From a virus (lineage: Duplodnaviria > Caudoviricetes), in IMG/VR virus record IMGVR_UViG_3300025635_001387, positions 1 through 35,814 of that record: DNA of 35,814 nt. The stretch is one strand, 5' to 3'. Below, piece after piece: positions 34,800 through 35,814 of the stretch. The position numbers and the translations under genes are program-made. How positions within the stretch are numbered: the stretch's first letter is position 1; the number at the start of each line of letters is the position of its first letter. The notes under the pieces are model-generated. The model did not search any database, was not told the origin of the DNA, and saw nothing but the letters and a program-made list of their open reading frames with translations.

Positions 34800-35814
34800 A
34801 GCGCCTCCCCTCGGAACATGACTTCGCCGTCATGAATAGGCACTAACTCAAGGTGGAACGGCCCGTCGCCTTCTTGGTATGTGACGACGGCACAACCATG
34901 CTGCCAGTTCTCGACAGCAGGCACGGGTCTGCCCATCGGGTCGGTGCTGCCTTTCACTGACGGCACTACGCCGTCCAGGCGGCACAAACAGCCCGGCGAC
35001 GCCGCCAACGACGTGCGAGCCCCGGCCCGCACGCGACGCGTCCGGTACGACATTTCGATACGGTGCACGTGTCCGAACAGCAGGCTCACCGTTTCATCGT
35101 CCAGCACCGCCGCCGCTGTGCTGCCGTTTGACCGGACCTTATGGCCGTGAATGCACGCCAGCCGATCAGACAGCCAGTAGATGCCCGCCGGATAGCCGCC
35201 CACATATTCGACGCCGTCGCCGACCTCACCCAAACGCAGGAGGTACGGGACGGAGAGCACGGGCCATTCGTCGGGTGCTTCGGCCCGCCGGATCCCGAAC
35301 GCCGCCAACGCGTTCCGTACGATCGCCTTCTGTAATCGCCGGTCGTGGTTCCCTTCGAGGAGCACCTGCTTCGCCCGAGGCGCCGCCGCCTGCACTTCAA
35401 CTAAGAACCGGTGGCTGCGATCTATAGCGGGCTGGACGCACAGCGCGAAACCCGGCTCCTGTTCGTACGTTCCGAAGTTGGCGAAGTCCAAGAAGTCACC
35501 CAAGTGGACGACTAGGTCAGGGTCCACGGCACGCACAACCTTGAGGGCGGCAGCCATCGCCGCCTCATCGTGGAACGGCTCTAACGTCGCCGTGTCGATG
35601 TCACGCCGAAACCCGATCTGCACGTCGGGCAAGACCACCGCGGTCTTCCACTTAGAACGCTTGCGCGGTGCGGGCAGCGGCAACTTGACGGGCACTTGTG
35701 CAGCCCGGTCAACGACCGGCCATTGCGGGCCATCTTCCCAGGCGGGCGTCAAGATGATGCTCGCACCCGACAGCGGCGTGACGACCGCCTCGCCGTCCTC
35801 GTTCTTGCTGAGAC
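34796..35814 (-). CDS. Calcineurin-like metallophosphoesterase; 5' end outside the window
   Basis: LPDVQIG, HLGDFLD, LEGNHD, IHGH, FGHVHR. The frame stays open upstream of the TTG at 35752 to the window edge (LSKNEDGEAVVTPLSGASIIL). Confidence 0.88.
   Translation of the reverse strand, partial: LSKNEDGEAVVTPLSGASIILTPAWEDGPQWPVVDRAAQVPVKLPLPAPRKRSKWKTAVVLPDVQIGFRRDIDTATLEPFHDEAAMAAALKVVRAVDPDLVVHLGDFLDFANFGTYEQEPGFALCVQPAIDRSHRFLVEVQAAAPRAKQVLLEGNHDRRLQKAIVRNALAAFGIRRAEAPDEWPVLSVPYLLRLGEVGDGVEYVGGYPAGIYWLSDRLACIHGHKVRSNGSTAAAVLDDETVSLLFGHVHRIEMSYRTRRVRAGARTSLAASPGCLCRLDGVVPSVKGSTDPMGRPVPAVENWQHGCAVVTYQEGDGPFHLELVPIHDGEVMFRGEAL

Noticed and set aside
1-35814. Integrase/att site, DNA polymerase, tRNA genes
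   Set aside because: None recognised by eye. Lifestyle and replication mode cannot be decided from this window.

Overview
High-GC tailed-phage (Caudoviricetes) DNA, probably from a phage of an actinobacterial host (inferred from GC content, an Rpf-like lipoprotein, an Ssd/CpaE-like ATPase and an MSMEG_6728-family gene). No integrase, tRNA or CRISPR array was recognised. Left arm, minus strand, 14324 to 1: XRE-HTH, UvrD-like helicase, VRR-NUC nuclease, then a translationally coupled DNA-modification cassette (ParB-N, DpdA/TGT-like, HAD-QueC fusion, sulfotransferase-like, QueD, QueE, PRTase-FolE fusion, NodU/TobZ carbamoyltransferase). This runs straight into TerS, HTH, TerL, a small membrane protein, a portal-MuF fusion and the prohead protease. 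Middle, plus strand: Rpf-like lipoprotein, an about 1 kb non-coding region with seven copies of a GNRA-capped stem-loop, and small putative early genes separated by related long hairpins and sharing a (G/A)GGAGACAC start motif. These are followed by a histone-H1-like protein, SNF2 helicase, EndoV-like glycosylase, SSB-like protein and RepB-like primase. Right arm, mostly minus strand: metallophosphoesterase, small ORFs, tail-associated proteins and a BppU-like protein. Two candidate new systems stand out. (1) A 7-deazaguanine DNA-modification pathway extended with carbamoyltransferase, sulfotransferase-like, HAD and PRTase activities. (2) An RNA-level control layer made of the GNRA-module array, RNase III-like intergenic hairpins, and a hairpin whose loop is antisense to the shared RBS motif. 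All calls come from motif reading by eye; no searches were run.
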